33,099 nucleotides of DNA. It comes from a virus (lineage: Duplodnaviria > Caudoviricetes). How positions within the stretch are numbered: position 1 is the stretch's first letter; each line of letters starts with the position of its first letter. Under the pieces are notes generated by a model. The model was not told the DNA's origin. It saw only the letters and a program-made list of their open reading frames with translations, and made no database searches. Position numbers and translations under genes: made by a program. Location of the stretch: positions 1-33,099 of IMG/VR virus record IMGVR_UViG_3300023218_000188; one strand, 5' to 3'. Positions 17,230-26,638 of this stretch are shown here, piece after piece.

Positions 17230-18351
17230 ATGGCCGAGTATTACCTCGCAACGGGCGGCAGCGACGCGGATGATGGTCTCACGCCATCGACCCCGAAGGC
17301 GACGTTTGGCGCTGCGATTGCGTTGCTGACTTCGGCGGGCGACCGGCTAAACATCATGGCCGATGGAACGCACGATATTTCGGGCCATAGCCCATCAGAC
17401 GTCCCGGATACCGGAACACCTGCTAGCCCGAACATGGTTCGTGGCGTGAATGCTTTGGGCGTGGCGGACGGCACTCGGGCGAGGCTGACGTGGCCAGAGA
17501 GTCTAGCCTCAAGCTTCCACGATCGCGAGTGGTATGTGTACGAGGATTTGATTCTTGACGATTTTGCGGACAACCGCCTGTTCACCGTGGGCAACTGGAT
17601 TCTGCGAAGAATCCGTGTGGAGACTGACAGCAGCTGGCTGGTTAGGGTTGCAAATCGAGTTGTTTGCGTAGACTGTGAGTTTCTCACGACTCGCACGACA
17701 TTCAACTCGCAGCTTAGCTCGCAGGTTCAATCTTTCATTCGTTGCTTCTCGGTCTCGGGTTTTGTTGGCGGCGAAAACCGGGGTGCCACATCGTTCTTTG
17801 ACTGCGTGGCGAAGGGGCCAAACGTCGGCATTGGGTTTAACATGGGGGCGTCATCGAATTTTGCACAGCTTCACCTGATGCGTGGGTGCGTCGTCGATGG
17901 GGCGGGAACAGGCATCCGCGTGCAGAACCAAAACCAGATGATCCAGAACTGCACGGTGGTGAACTGTAGCGGCGATGGGATCGAGATGCCAGCGTCCTCG
18001 AACGGCGTGCTCAGCGTGAGGGACTGCATCATCGCTAACAATGGCGGGTACGGCATCAACGATGGCGGCGGGATGCTAATCGACGAGGCCGACAACTTCT
18101 TTCATAACAACACCAGCGGGAGTCTGTCGAGCGGTTCGATTGATCCGTCGTCATCCGTGTTGGACCCCCAGTTGGGTTCGCTGCTTACGCCCGGTGCGGC
18201 GGCGGTTATCAATCGGGCAAGGACGCTGCTCCGGGGCACGCTCGACCCGCTGACAACGTACAACGACGCGGGCGGGATTCGCGCTGAACCGGTTGGCCTC
18301 GGTGGCGGCACCACGCTTGTCCTACCCTCGGGCCTTAGGAGCGTAATGTAA
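17230..18351 (+). CDS. Right-handed parallel beta-helix protein (pectin lyase-like, candidate depolymerase/adhesin)
   Basis: YYLATGGSDADDGLTPSTPKAT...GDRLNI N-cap; repeated coils IQNCTVVNCSGDGI, VRDCIIANNGGYGI, NFFHNN. Confidence 0.8.
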   Translation: MAEYYLATGGSDADDGLTPSTPKATFGAAIALLTSAGDRLNIMADGTHDISGHSPSDVPDTGTPASPNMVRGVNALGVADGTRARLTWPESLASSFHDREWYVYEDLILDDFADNRLFTVGNWILRRIRVETDSSWLVRVANRVVCVDCEFLTTRTTFNSQLSSQVQSFIRCFSVSGFVGGENRGATSFFDCVAKGPNVGIGFNMGASSNFAQLHLMRGCVVDGAGTGIRVQNQNQMIQNCTVVNCSGDGIEMPASSNGVLSVRDCIIANNGGYGINDGGGMLIDEADNFFHNNTSGSLSSGSIDPSSSVLDPQLGSLLTPGAAAVINRARTLLRGTLDPLTTYNDAGGIRAEPVGLGGGTTLVLPSGLRSVM

Positions 18352-19670
18352 TGCCAGCCAGCGGCACAGCCATCACGATACACTATCTCGCGTATAACGT
18401 CACAACCGGGCTATTCGTCACGGGCGACGAAAACAACCACACCGTGCGTCTGGTGCGCGACGGCACGGTTATCACGCCCACGGCCGGACCCACAGAGCCA
18501 GACGCGACCAACTGCGAGGGGCTCTACGCCGTCTCACTCAGCGCGGCCGAGCACTCCGGCGTCATGCACACACTCTGCGTGCAGAGTTCCACCGCCGACG
18601 TGCTGATACAGCCCGTTACATGGACCAGCGAGACGAGCGCCGCCGCCATCGCCGACAACGCCATCACCGCCGCCGCCATCGCCGCCAACGCGCTCAACGG
18701 CAAGGGCGACTGGAGCACCCACGACGCGGCAGCTGTGCTCACCGCCTTCCAGAACGACCAGGACTATGGCCTGCTGCTGAGCAACGTCGGCGACATCCTC
18801 ACCGACACCGGCACTACGCTGCCGGGCCAGATCTCTGCGCTCAACGACCTCTCCGCCGCCCAGGTGCGCACCGAGGCGGACGCCGCCCTGGTCGCCATCC
18901 ATCTTGACCACTTGCTTGCGGTCGATTACGACCCGGCCAGCCCGCCCGGCGCAGCGACCGCGCTGCTGAACGAGCTGGTGGAGAGCGACGGCGGCGTGGC
19001 GCGCTACACCGCCAACGCGCTGGAGCAGGCTCCCACCGGCAGCGGCGCGTCGGTCGACGCCATCGCCGACGCGGTGTGGGACGAGCAGCGGTCCGGCCAC
19101 ACGACCGCAGGAAGCTTCGGCGAGGGCGTGGGTGTCGCGGACAAGGCCGGCTACTCGCTGTCGTCCTCGGGTCTCAGCCAGGTCACGGCGTGGAGCGTAG
19201 ACATAACCGGCACCATCACGGGCAGCCTGACCGGCTCGGTTGGCTCGGTCAGCGCGGCCGTTACGCTGCCCGCGATCCCCTCGGGCTGGATCACGGCGGC
19301 GGGCGTTGCGGCGTCGGCGCTCGACGGCAAGGGCGACTGGCTCAGCAGCGCGCAGGCGCAGGCGGCGGCCGACGCGGCGCTCGTGGCATTCGGCGCAGCC
19401 ACAGCCTCGGGCGTGCAGGCGTCGGTCGACGGCATTGCCATCCCGACGGCGGACGAGGTCCGCGACGCCGTGTGGGCCGTCGCGATCGACGGCGGGCTGG
19501 ACGCGCAGCAGGCGACGCGCATTATGCTGGCGGCGCTGGCGGGCAAGGTGAGCGGCGCGGGCACGACGACTATTACGTTCCGCGACGCCGGCGACGCGCG
19601 GGACGCGATCGTCGCGACTGTCGACGCCGATGGCAACCGCGGCACCGTAACACTGGACGGGGGGAACTAG
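18351..19670 (+). CDS. Ala/Thr-rich virion fibre-like protein with internal repeats
   Basis: Repeats ITAAAIAANALNGKGDW (18663-18713) / ITAAGVAASALDGKGDW (19290-19340), plus ADAALVA x2 and DAVW x2. Confidence 0.7.
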   Translation: MPASGTAITIHYLAYNVTTGLFVTGDENNHTVRLVRDGTVITPTAGPTEPDATNCEGLYAVSLSAAEHSGVMHTLCVQSSTADVLIQPVTWTSETSAAAIADNAITAAAIAANALNGKGDWSTHDAAAVLTAFQNDQDYGLLLSNVGDILTDTGTTLPGQISALNDLSAAQVRTEADAALVAIHLDHLLAVDYDPASPPGAATALLNELVESDGGVARYTANALEQAPTGSGASVDAIADAVWDEQRSGHTTAGSFGEGVGVADKAGYSLSSSGLSQVTAWSVDITGTITGSLTGSVGSVSAAVTLPAIPSGWITAAGVAASALDGKGDWLSSAQAQAAADAALVAFGAATASGVQASVDGIAIPTADEVRDAVWAVAIDGGLDAQQATRIMLAALAGKVSGAGTTTITFRDAGDARDAIVATVDADGNRGTVTLDGGN

Positions 19671-19673
19671 CCC

Positions 19674-19814
19674 GTGTTCGCTGCGCGCTATTACACCGGC
19701 CGCTACTACGCCCGCCGCTACTACTCCTCGGGCGGCGAGGGCGCGTCACCGCCGCCGGGCTCCGGTGGCCGGCGGCGCCGGATCATCGCGGCCGCGCTGG
19801 CCTGGTGGTGGTGA
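19674..19814 (+). CDS. 46-aa microprotein absent from the ORF track
   Basis: MFAARYYTGRYYARRYYSSGGEGASPPPGSGGRRRRIIAAALAWWW*; fills the gap between the fibre gene and TerL exactly. Confidence 0.65.
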   Translation: MFAARYYTGRYYARRYYSSGGEGASPPPGSGGRRRRIIAAALAWWW

Positions 19815-19815
19815 C

Positions 19816-21978
19816 GTGGTAGCCGACCGCGGCACCGCGCGCGCCGACGCTGACGCGATCGCGCGGCGCGTGCTGGCCGACGGGCTGCGGCCAGTGGAGC
19901 GGCTGTCGCCCGACCAGTGGGCCGAGCGCTACCGCGTCATCGCCATGGGGACCGGCCCGCACCCAGGTCCCTGGCGCAACGCGCGCACGCCGTACCTGGT
20001 CGAGCCCATGGCGGCGTGGGGAGAGCGGCGCATCAGCCAGCTGGTCTGGGTCTTCGGCAGCCAGATGGGCAAGACCGAGGCGCTGATAAACTGCGTGCTG
20101 GCGACCGTGTGCCAGGACCCGGCGTGGTCGCTGCTGGCCTACCCCAGCGCGGCGTTCGCGCGCGACGTGCTGGCCGACCGCATCATGCCCGCCATCGAGG
20201 CCACGCCCGCGGCGCTCGGCCGGCTGCGCGGCGGGCGGGCCGACCGCACGGTTGACAAGCTGCGCTTCGATGGCGCGACGCTGAACGTCGTGGGCAGCGG
20301 CAGCGCGACCGAGGCCAAGGGCCGGCCGGTGCGCGACCGGTACCTCGACGAGATCGACGAGATGGAGGCGCGGTTCGTGCGGCTGCAGCGCGAGCGCGGC
20401 AAGGCGTACGGCGACGCGGCCCGCGAGCTGGCGGCCAGCACGCCCACGTGGGCGGGCGAGGGCATCGACGAGCTGTGGAGCGAGTGCCAGCAGCACGAGT
20501 GGGCCGTGCCCTGCCCGAGCTGCCGGGCGTACGTCGCGCTGGAGTTCGAGCAGCTGCGCTGGGGCGTGGAGGAGGCCGACGGCCGGGGCGGGACGCGCGT
20601 GCGCGGGGGCTCGCGCTGCACGATCGAAGAGGTCGAGCAGACCACGCGCTGGTGCTGCCCGCGCTGCGGCGCGGCGCACAACGAGCACAAGAAGGCGTGG
20701 ATGGAGGCGCGCGGGGCCTGGCTGACCGAGGGCCAGAGCGCTGAGCTGCTGGACGCCGCCGCGGCGCCGGCCGTGGGCGCGGCGGATGACGGCGGAGCGG
20801 TGTGGAGCGTGCGCGCCGAGGATGGCGACGCGGTGGTAGTGCGCGGGACGCGCGAGCCCGCCACGCGGGTGGGCTACCGCGCGAGCAGCCTGCACAGCCT
20901 CATGCTGCCATGGGGGCGCGTGACGCGGGCCTACGCCGAGGCGGGCTGGCAGATGACGCCCGAGTTCGTGGGCGGCTACCTGGCCCGCGCGTGGGAGCAG
21001 GCAGGCGAACGGGCCGGCGAGGAGCAGCTGGCGACGATCCGCAAGCGGTCGCGCTACCGGCTGCGCGTGAGCGACCAGCGCGGCCAGCCGCAGCCGGCGC
21101 CCCTGCCCGAGGCGGTGCGGCTGGTGACCTGCGGGATCGACGTGCAGGCGGACGCTGTCTACTACCACGCCATGGGCTGGGCGGCGGGCGCCAGCGCGAG
21201 CTACCTGGTGGACTGGCGCGTGCAGCCATACGCCGAGGTCGAGGCGCTGGCGCCGGTCTTCGAGCGGCTGCTGGGCCTGGGCTACCAGACCGCCGACGGG
21301 CGCAGGCTGGGGGTGTACGCCGCGGCCATCGACAGCGGATTCCGCACGCCGGACGTGTACGCGTACGCCGCCGGCACGCGGCGCAGAGTGTGGCCGGTCA
21401 AGGGCGTCTGGGGCGGGCAGATGATTGAGCCGTGGCAGACGGTGCCGATCGAGCGATTGCACACCGGCCGCGTGCTGCGCCAGGGCGTGCAGCTGCTGCG
21501 CGTGAACACCGACGCATGGAAGACGGTGGTGCTGGGCGCGGTCAAGGCGACGGCCAGCCCCGAGGACGCGGCCCAGGCGGCGACGCTGGCCGGCCGCGAG
21601 GGTGCTAGCCAGACGGGCCACCGGCTGCTGCTGCCCGCCGACGCGCCCGACGAGTACTGCCGGCACCTGGTGAGCGAGCACAGGATCAAGCGCAGCGAGC
21701 TGCGTACGGCGCGCCAGCGGCGCAGCTTCCGTCACGACGATGGCTACGAGTGGCGCCTGAGGCCCGGCCACCGGCGCAACGAGGGCCTGGACACCACGGC
21801 CTACCAGTACGCCCTCGCGGCGGTGTACCGCCTGGCGCGGCTGGGGGCCGACCAGATGGACCGCATGGCCGCCGCCGCCGGGCCGGGCGCCGGTTCGGCC
21901 GAAGATGGCAGCGCGGGCCGGGCCGGGCCAGACAGCGCCCAGCGGCTGCGCGAGCGGCTGGCGCGGCTGCGCAGGTAG
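19816..21978 (+). CDS. terL: Terminase large subunit, lambda GpA family
   Basis: GPWRNARTPYL, SQMGKTE (Walker A), YLDEID (Walker B), STPT, VPCPSC/CPRCG, GIDVQ, IDSG, PVKG, RNEGLD. Confidence 0.95.
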   Translation: MVADRGTARADADAIARRVLADGLRPVERLSPDQWAERYRVIAMGTGPHPGPWRNARTPYLVEPMAAWGERRISQLVWVFGSQMGKTEALINCVLATVCQDPAWSLLAYPSAAFARDVLADRIMPAIEATPAALGRLRGGRADRTVDKLRFDGATLNVVGSGSATEAKGRPVRDRYLDEIDEMEARFVRLQRERGKAYGDAARELAASTPTWAGEGIDELWSECQQHEWAVPCPSCRAYVALEFEQLRWGVEEADGRGGTRVRGGSRCTIEEVEQTTRWCCPRCGAAHNEHKKAWMEARGAWLTEGQSAELLDAAAAPAVGAADDGGAVWSVRAEDGDAVVVRGTREPATRVGYRASSLHSLMLPWGRVTRAYAEAGWQMTPEFVGGYLARAWEQAGERAGEEQLATIRKRSRYRLRVSDQRGQPQPAPLPEAVRLVTCGIDVQADAVYYHAMGWAAGASASYLVDWRVQPYAEVEALAPVFERLLGLGYQTADGRRLGVYAAAIDSGFRTPDVYAYAAGTRRRVWPVKGVWGGQMIEPWQTVPIERLHTGRVLRQGVQLLRVNTDAWKTVVLGAVKATASPEDAAQAATLAGREGASQTGHRLLLPADAPDEYCRHLVSEHRIKRSELRTARQRRSFRHDDGYEWRLRPGHRRNEGLDTTAYQYALAAVYRLARLGADQMDRMAAAAGPGAGSAEDGSAGRAGPDSAQRLRERLARLRR

Positions 21979-22063
21979 GCCGCGGGCGGGCCGCGCTGCC
22001 ATTGGCGGCAGCGCGGCGGTAGCTGGTAGAGACCGCCGAGAGCGCAGGAGGCGCGGTTTGGGG

Positions 22064-22459
22064 ATGATGACCGACAGCCAGCGCGCGGCCGCGCACGGAC
22101 GCCAGCCGGTGGTGGCCAGCCTGCGGGCCGGCGCGGGGGCGGCGCTGCTGGGCTGGGCCCTGGCCGACCCGCCCCGCGCCGGCCAGCGGCTGGCGCTGGC
22201 CGTGATGGTCGAGCGCGGCCGCCTGGTCGAGTCGACCGGGACCGGACCCGGCCAGAGCCTGCGGGGCGCGGCCGCCGAGCTGGGCGTCAGCTGGCGCACC
22301 GCCCGCCGCTGGCTGGCGAGCTGGGACACGGTGCGTCGCGCCCTGGACCCCGAGGCCCTTGGCACCGACTGGCACGGCCCGGCCCTGCGGGCGCTGGCCG
22401 GTGGGGCGCCCGAGCCGCTGGCCGCCCGGCTGCTGGCGATGATGGAGGAGCTCGCGTGA
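22064..22459 (+). CDS. HTH DNA-binding protein
   Basis: SLRGAAAELGVSWRTARRWL; AGGAGG RBS at 22046-51 (start TTG 22058 or ATG 22064). Confidence 0.65.
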   Translation: MMTDSQRAAAHGRQPVVASLRAGAGAALLGWALADPPRAGQRLALAVMVERGRLVESTGTGPGQSLRGAAAELGVSWRTARRWLASWDTVRRALDPEALGTDWHGPALRALAGGAPEPLAARLLAMMEELA

Positions 22460-23316
22460 GCGTGGCAGATGAGTACGATGACGATGTTGTACGGCCCGGC
22501 GAGGGCCAGGCCGATGGCCATACCGATGACCAGACCGGGGCCGTGCTCTCGGACCAGGAGCCCGAGACGCTGAGCAGCACGCAGCTGGCCGGGCGAATCG
22601 GAGTCACAGCGCAGACCATCCGCAACTGGGCGGCGCGCGGCATGCCGACGGCCGGCACCGACGGCCGCGGCGGGCTGCGCTTCGAGGAGGCGCGGGCCCG
22701 GGCCTGGGCGCGCGCCAACCTGGGGCCCAACAGCCACGGTGGGCGGCGGCCGGGGGCCGGCCGCAAGCGGCGCCGCAGCGCGTGGCGCGACGATCTGGGC
22801 CTCGAGCGCGCCGAGCTGCGCCAGAGCGACCGCGCGCGGCGCGCGGCGCAGGCCCGCGAGCGGCTGGAGCGCCTGCGCGAGGAGGCGGCCGCGGGCGCGA
22901 CGCCCGAGGCCGACGCGCTCGAGCTGGCGACCGACCTGTGCCGCCTGACCGACGCCGACCTGCGGCTGCTGGCCCACCTGGCGCCCGAGCTGACCGGCCT
23001 GAGCCCCGCGGGCATGGGCCGGCTGGACAAGCTGCTGGCCGCGCAGAAGCGGCTGATGGAGCTGGACCGCGAGCGCGGCCGGCTCATCGCGGCGGACGAG
23101 GCGGCGCGGGCGTGGGCCGAGGCCCTGCGGCCGGTACGCGAGCGGCTGGACGACCTGCCCGAGCGGCTGGCCGACCAGCTGGCCCGCGAGCTGGACCTGG
23201 GCCACGACCGGCGGCGCGTGGCCGCCGAGGCCGCCGAGCGGTGCCTGCGCGAGGTGCGCGACGCACTGGCCAGCGGCGAGTGTACGCAGGGCGACACGGG
23301 AGACACGCATGGCTGA
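22456..23316 (+). CDS. terS: Terminase small subunit, Nu1-like
   Basis: LSSTQLAGRIGVTAQTIRNWAARGMP resembles the lambda Nu1 winged HTH. C-terminal ELDRERGRLI...VRERLDDLPERLA is typical of GpA partners. Confidence 0.75.
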   Translation: MSVADEYDDDVVRPGEGQADGHTDDQTGAVLSDQEPETLSSTQLAGRIGVTAQTIRNWAARGMPTAGTDGRGGLRFEEARARAWARANLGPNSHGGRRPGAGRKRRRSAWRDDLGLERAELRQSDRARRAAQARERLERLREEAAAGATPEADALELATDLCRLTDADLRLLAHLAPELTGLSPAGMGRLDKLLAAQKRLMELDRERGRLIAADEAARAWAEALRPVRERLDDLPERLADQLARELDLGHDRRRVAAEAAERCLREVRDALASGECTQGDTGDTHG

Positions 23317-24067
23317 TATCAGCGAGCACACGGCCGACCAGGCCGGGACGCCCAGCGACGACGAGCTGCTGCTGGCGGCGGCGCTGGCCTGCGCGGACAA
23401 GAGCGATCGGGCGGCCGCGGCCGCCTACGCCGCCGAGCTGGCCGGCGGCGACACCGAGGAGCTGCGCCGCGCCGCCGACGCCCTGGCCGAGGGGACAGCG
23501 TGGCCGAAGGTGGCCGAGGATTATTTGGACCCAGAGACCGCGCAGCGCGTGCGCGCGGCCGCCGACGAGCTGGCCGGCGAGGGCGGTGGCGACACGCCAG
23601 AGGCCGGCGCCGGGGGCGAGCACGCCGGGGCAGCCGAGGACGGCGCCGAGACGCTCGCTGACTACCTGGAGGCCCGGGTGGACCAGCTGGAGGCCATGGC
23701 CGATCGGCTGCTGGCCGAGCGCGCCGCAGACCCCATCGCCGAGCGCGAGCGGGTGGTCGCGCGGGCGAGGCCGCGTGTGGCCGAGCTGACCGACGTGATC
23801 GAACAGGCGCGGCGCGAGCTGGCCGAGCTGCGCCACGAGCAGGTCACCGCCACCAGGGCCGCGGCCCGGGCGGGCGCGACGCGAGCCCGGGCCGAGCGTG
23901 CGCTGGCCGACGCCCGGGCCGTGGCCCTGGACCTGGCCGACCGCGCGGCCGAGGCGGGCCTAGAAGGCATGGCCGCGCGGGCCGGCGAGCTGGCGGCAAG
24001 GTGCGAGACGGCGCCGCCGGCCGCCGAACAGGCCGCCCAACAGGCCGCCCAACAGGAGACGACGTGA
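23309..24067 (+). CDS. Acidic coiled-coil hypothetical protein
   Basis: GGAG RBS, overlap with the upstream gene, good codon usage. Confidence 0.7.
   Translation: MADISEHTADQAGTPSDDELLLAAALACADKSDRAAAAAYAAELAGGDTEELRRAADALAEGTAWPKVAEDYLDPETAQRVRAAADELAGEGGGDTPEAGAGGEHAGAAEDGAETLADYLEARVDQLEAMADRLLAERAADPIAERERVVARARPRVAELTDVIEQARRELAELRHEQVTATRAAARAGATRARAERALADARAVALDLADRAAEAGLEGMAARAGELAARCETAPPAAEQAAQQAAQQETT
24019..24056 (+). repeat. In-frame 12-bp tandem repeat, 3 copies
   Basis: ggccgccgaaca ggccgcccaaca ggccgcccaaca (AAEQ AAQQ AAQQ). Confidence 0.85.
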
Positions 24068-24319
24068 GTGGCCTGGCAGCACGCCGGCTTCGAGGAGCTC
24101 GCCTCCGACGAGCTGCGGCTGGCCGAGCTGCGCCGGCACATCGGCGAGGTGCAGCTGCGGATGCAGCAGACCGTGACCGACGGCGAGCTGTCCGTGGGCT
24201 CGGGCTCGCTGAGCGTGTACTTGGGCCAGCTGCGCTCGCGGCTGGCCGAGCTGGAGGCCCGCGTGGGCCGCGCCGCCCGCGGCGGGCCGGTGCGGGTGCG
24301 GCCCGGGCGCTCGACGTGA
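24068..24319 (+). CDS. gpW-like head-tail joining protein
   Basis: 83 aa with helix-hairpin-helix pattern immediately before a lambda-type portal; AGGAG RBS. Confidence 0.6.
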   Translation: MAWQHAGFEELASDELRLAELRRHIGEVQLRMQQTVTDGELSVGSGSLSVYLGQLRSRLAELEARVGRAARGGPVRVRPGRST

Positions 24320-24326
24320 GGGCGGC

Positions 24327-25886
24327 GTGCCGATGATCGCGATGCCGGGCAGCACTACCCACGCCGAGCTGGCCGCCGGCGTGCGCGCCGGACGGGCCGA
24401 AGCGGTGCGCCGGCTGCTGGGCCCGCAGGCCTACTACCAGGCGGCACGGCCCGCGCGCACCGACCCATGGCGCCTGCGGCTCGGCGTGCGCGGCGGCAGC
24501 GCGGCCAGCCACCTGCCGCAGGGTGACCGCGACCGCCTCATCGCCGCGAGTCGCGACGCGTGGCGCAACACGCCGATCGGCCGCGCGGTGACCGAGGCGT
24601 GGGTTATGCTGGTGGCCGGCGACGGCTACCGGCCAGAGCCCATGACCGGCGACCCGGTCGTGGACGACGAGCTGGCCACCCGCTGGCAGGAGCTGGGCAC
24701 TGAGCTGGACGTGGCGGGCGTGCTCGATGCCGACGCCCTGGTGCAGGTGGCCCTGCGGCACGCGCTGCTGGATGGCGACGTGCTCATCCGGCCGGTCGTG
24801 CACGCAGGGCGGCGCGCGGTGCAGCTCGTGGACGCCGAGCGCGTGCGCAACCCCGGCGACACCATCGACGACGCCGAGTGGCGCCAGGGCGTGCGCCACG
24901 AGCCGGCGACGGGCGCGCCGATCGCCTACGGCGTGCGGGAGTGGCGCTCGGACGGCAGCGGGCCCGAGCACACCCACAGCGAGTGGCCGGTGCTGGGCGA
25001 GGCGGGCGACCCGATGCTGTTCATGCTGGCCGGCATGGCGGGGCAGACGCGCGGCGAGCCGATGCTGGCGCCGGTGCTGGACGACCTGCACCGGCTGGCC
25101 GACTACGTGCAGAGCGTGGAGGCGGCGGCGCACCTGGCGGCGCTGGTGCAGTTCGCGCACGTCAGCGCCGACCCCGCCGGCACCGAGCGCATGCTGGGCG
25201 CAGAGGCCACGCCCGGGGGCGCCGCCGCGACGGGCGACGCCGGGCCGCTGGCGACGCTGCAGCCGGCCAGCGTCTTCACGCTGGCGCCCGGCGAGGATCT
25301 CAAGGCCGTGCAGGCCAGCCAGCCGAGCACGGGATTTGGTGACCTGGTGACACACCGCACGCGCGCCATCGCCGCCGCGGTGGGCCTGCCGCTGGAGCTG
25401 GTGCAGCTGGACTTCAGCCTGGCCAACTACTCGGGCACGCTGGGCGCGATCGAGGCCGCCATGCGGCGCGCCCGGCCTGTGCAGCAGCGCGTGGCCGCGA
25501 CGCTGCTCAAGCGCGTGTGGGCGTGGGTGAGCGCCCAGTGGATGGCGGAGATGGGCCTGGGCGAGCGGCCGGCGCGCTGCCGGTGGCGCCTGCCGGCGAG
25601 GCTGGCGGTGGACCCGTTGCGCGACGCCAAGACCTTCGAGCTGGCCCAGCGCACGGCGATGGGCAGCCTGCGCGACTTCCGAAGCGACTGGATCGAGGCG
25701 ACGGCGCAGATCGCCGCCGAGCGCGAGCTGCGCGAGGAGCTGGGCGTGCGGCCGGAGATTACGCCCGGCGCCGGCGGTGGCGCGGGCGAGCCCGCGACGC
25801 CGCCGGCGGACGCGGACGCGGGCGGGAGCGCCGGCGGCGGCGACGGCACGGGCGCAGACCCGGGCGATGCGGGGGTGGCGCCGTGA
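24327..25886 (+). CDS. Portal protein, lambda family
   Basis: RDAWRN, DGDVLI, QLVDAERV, GQTRGEPMLAPVL, DFSLANYS. Confidence 0.92.
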   Translation: MPMIAMPGSTTHAELAAGVRAGRAEAVRRLLGPQAYYQAARPARTDPWRLRLGVRGGSAASHLPQGDRDRLIAASRDAWRNTPIGRAVTEAWVMLVAGDGYRPEPMTGDPVVDDELATRWQELGTELDVAGVLDADALVQVALRHALLDGDVLIRPVVHAGRRAVQLVDAERVRNPGDTIDDAEWRQGVRHEPATGAPIAYGVREWRSDGSGPEHTHSEWPVLGEAGDPMLFMLAGMAGQTRGEPMLAPVLDDLHRLADYVQSVEAAAHLAALVQFAHVSADPAGTERMLGAEATPGGAAATGDAGPLATLQPASVFTLAPGEDLKAVQASQPSTGFGDLVTHRTRAIAAAVGLPLELVQLDFSLANYSGTLGAIEAAMRRARPVQQRVAATLLKRVWAWVSAQWMAEMGLGERPARCRWRLPARLAVDPLRDAKTFELAQRTAMGSLRDFRSDWIEATAQIAAERELREELGVRPEITPGAGGGAGEPATPPADADAGGSAGGGDGTGADPGDAGVAP

Positions 25887-26620
25887 TCGCGCTGCTGGCG
25901 CCGGGATCGCTGGCACCGCGGGTGGCGTGCGAGGCGGCGTGCGAGGCGGGCCGGGCCGCCGTGCGCTACGCCGTGACCGAGACCGGCGTGGGCGTGGTGA
26001 GCGTGCGCGGTGCCATGGGGGAGCTGGGCATCGGCTCGGTGCCCTACGCCGCCGTGGCGGCTGCGCTGGACGCGGCCCTGGAGGATCGCCGGGCGCGGGC
26101 GTGCGTGCTCGAGCTGGACACGCCCGGCGGCAGCGTGGCCCACCTGACCGACGCGCTGGCCAGCGCCCGGCGGCTGGCGGCCGCCAAGCCGCTGGTGGCG
26201 CTGGCCCACGATCAGGCGGACAGCGCCGGCTACTGGCTGGCCACCGCCGCTCCGCTCGTGCTCGCGACGCCTACGGCGGGCGTCGGCTGCATCGGCGCGG
26301 CGATGGTGCTCGAGGACAGCAGCCAGATGGCCGAGGGCATGGGCGTGCGGGCGGTGAGCCTGACAGACGCGCCCGCGAAGCTGGCCGGCGTATTCGGCGT
26401 CGCGCAGGACGAGCGGATCGTGGGCGGGGCGGCGCGCGAGGTCATGGCCTACAGCGCGATGTTCCGCCGTGACGTCGCGCGGGCCCGCGGCCTGAGCGAG
26501 GACGACGTGCTCGCGCTGGACGGCGCGACCCTGCCCGGTGAGGACGCTATGGCGGCGGGCCTGGTGGACGGGATCGTGGACGATCCGCAGCGGTGGCTGC
26601 TCGAGCTGGAGGCCGCGTGA
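25883..26620 (+). CDS. S49-family head maturation protease (lambda gpC-like)
   Basis: LELDTPGGSV, DSAGYWLA, VGCIG, GEDAMAAGLVDGI; GTGA overlap with the portal. Confidence 0.88.
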   Translation: MIALLAPGSLAPRVACEAACEAGRAAVRYAVTETGVGVVSVRGAMGELGIGSVPYAAVAAALDAALEDRRARACVLELDTPGGSVAHLTDALASARRLAAAKPLVALAHDQADSAGYWLATAAPLVLATPTAGVGCIGAAMVLEDSSQMAEGMGVRAVSLTDAPAKLAGVFGVAQDERIVGGAAREVMAYSAMFRRDVARARGLSEDDVLALDGATLPGEDAMAAGLVDGIVDDPQRWLLELEAA

Positions 26621-26638
26621 CGCGGCCGGCATAAGGAG

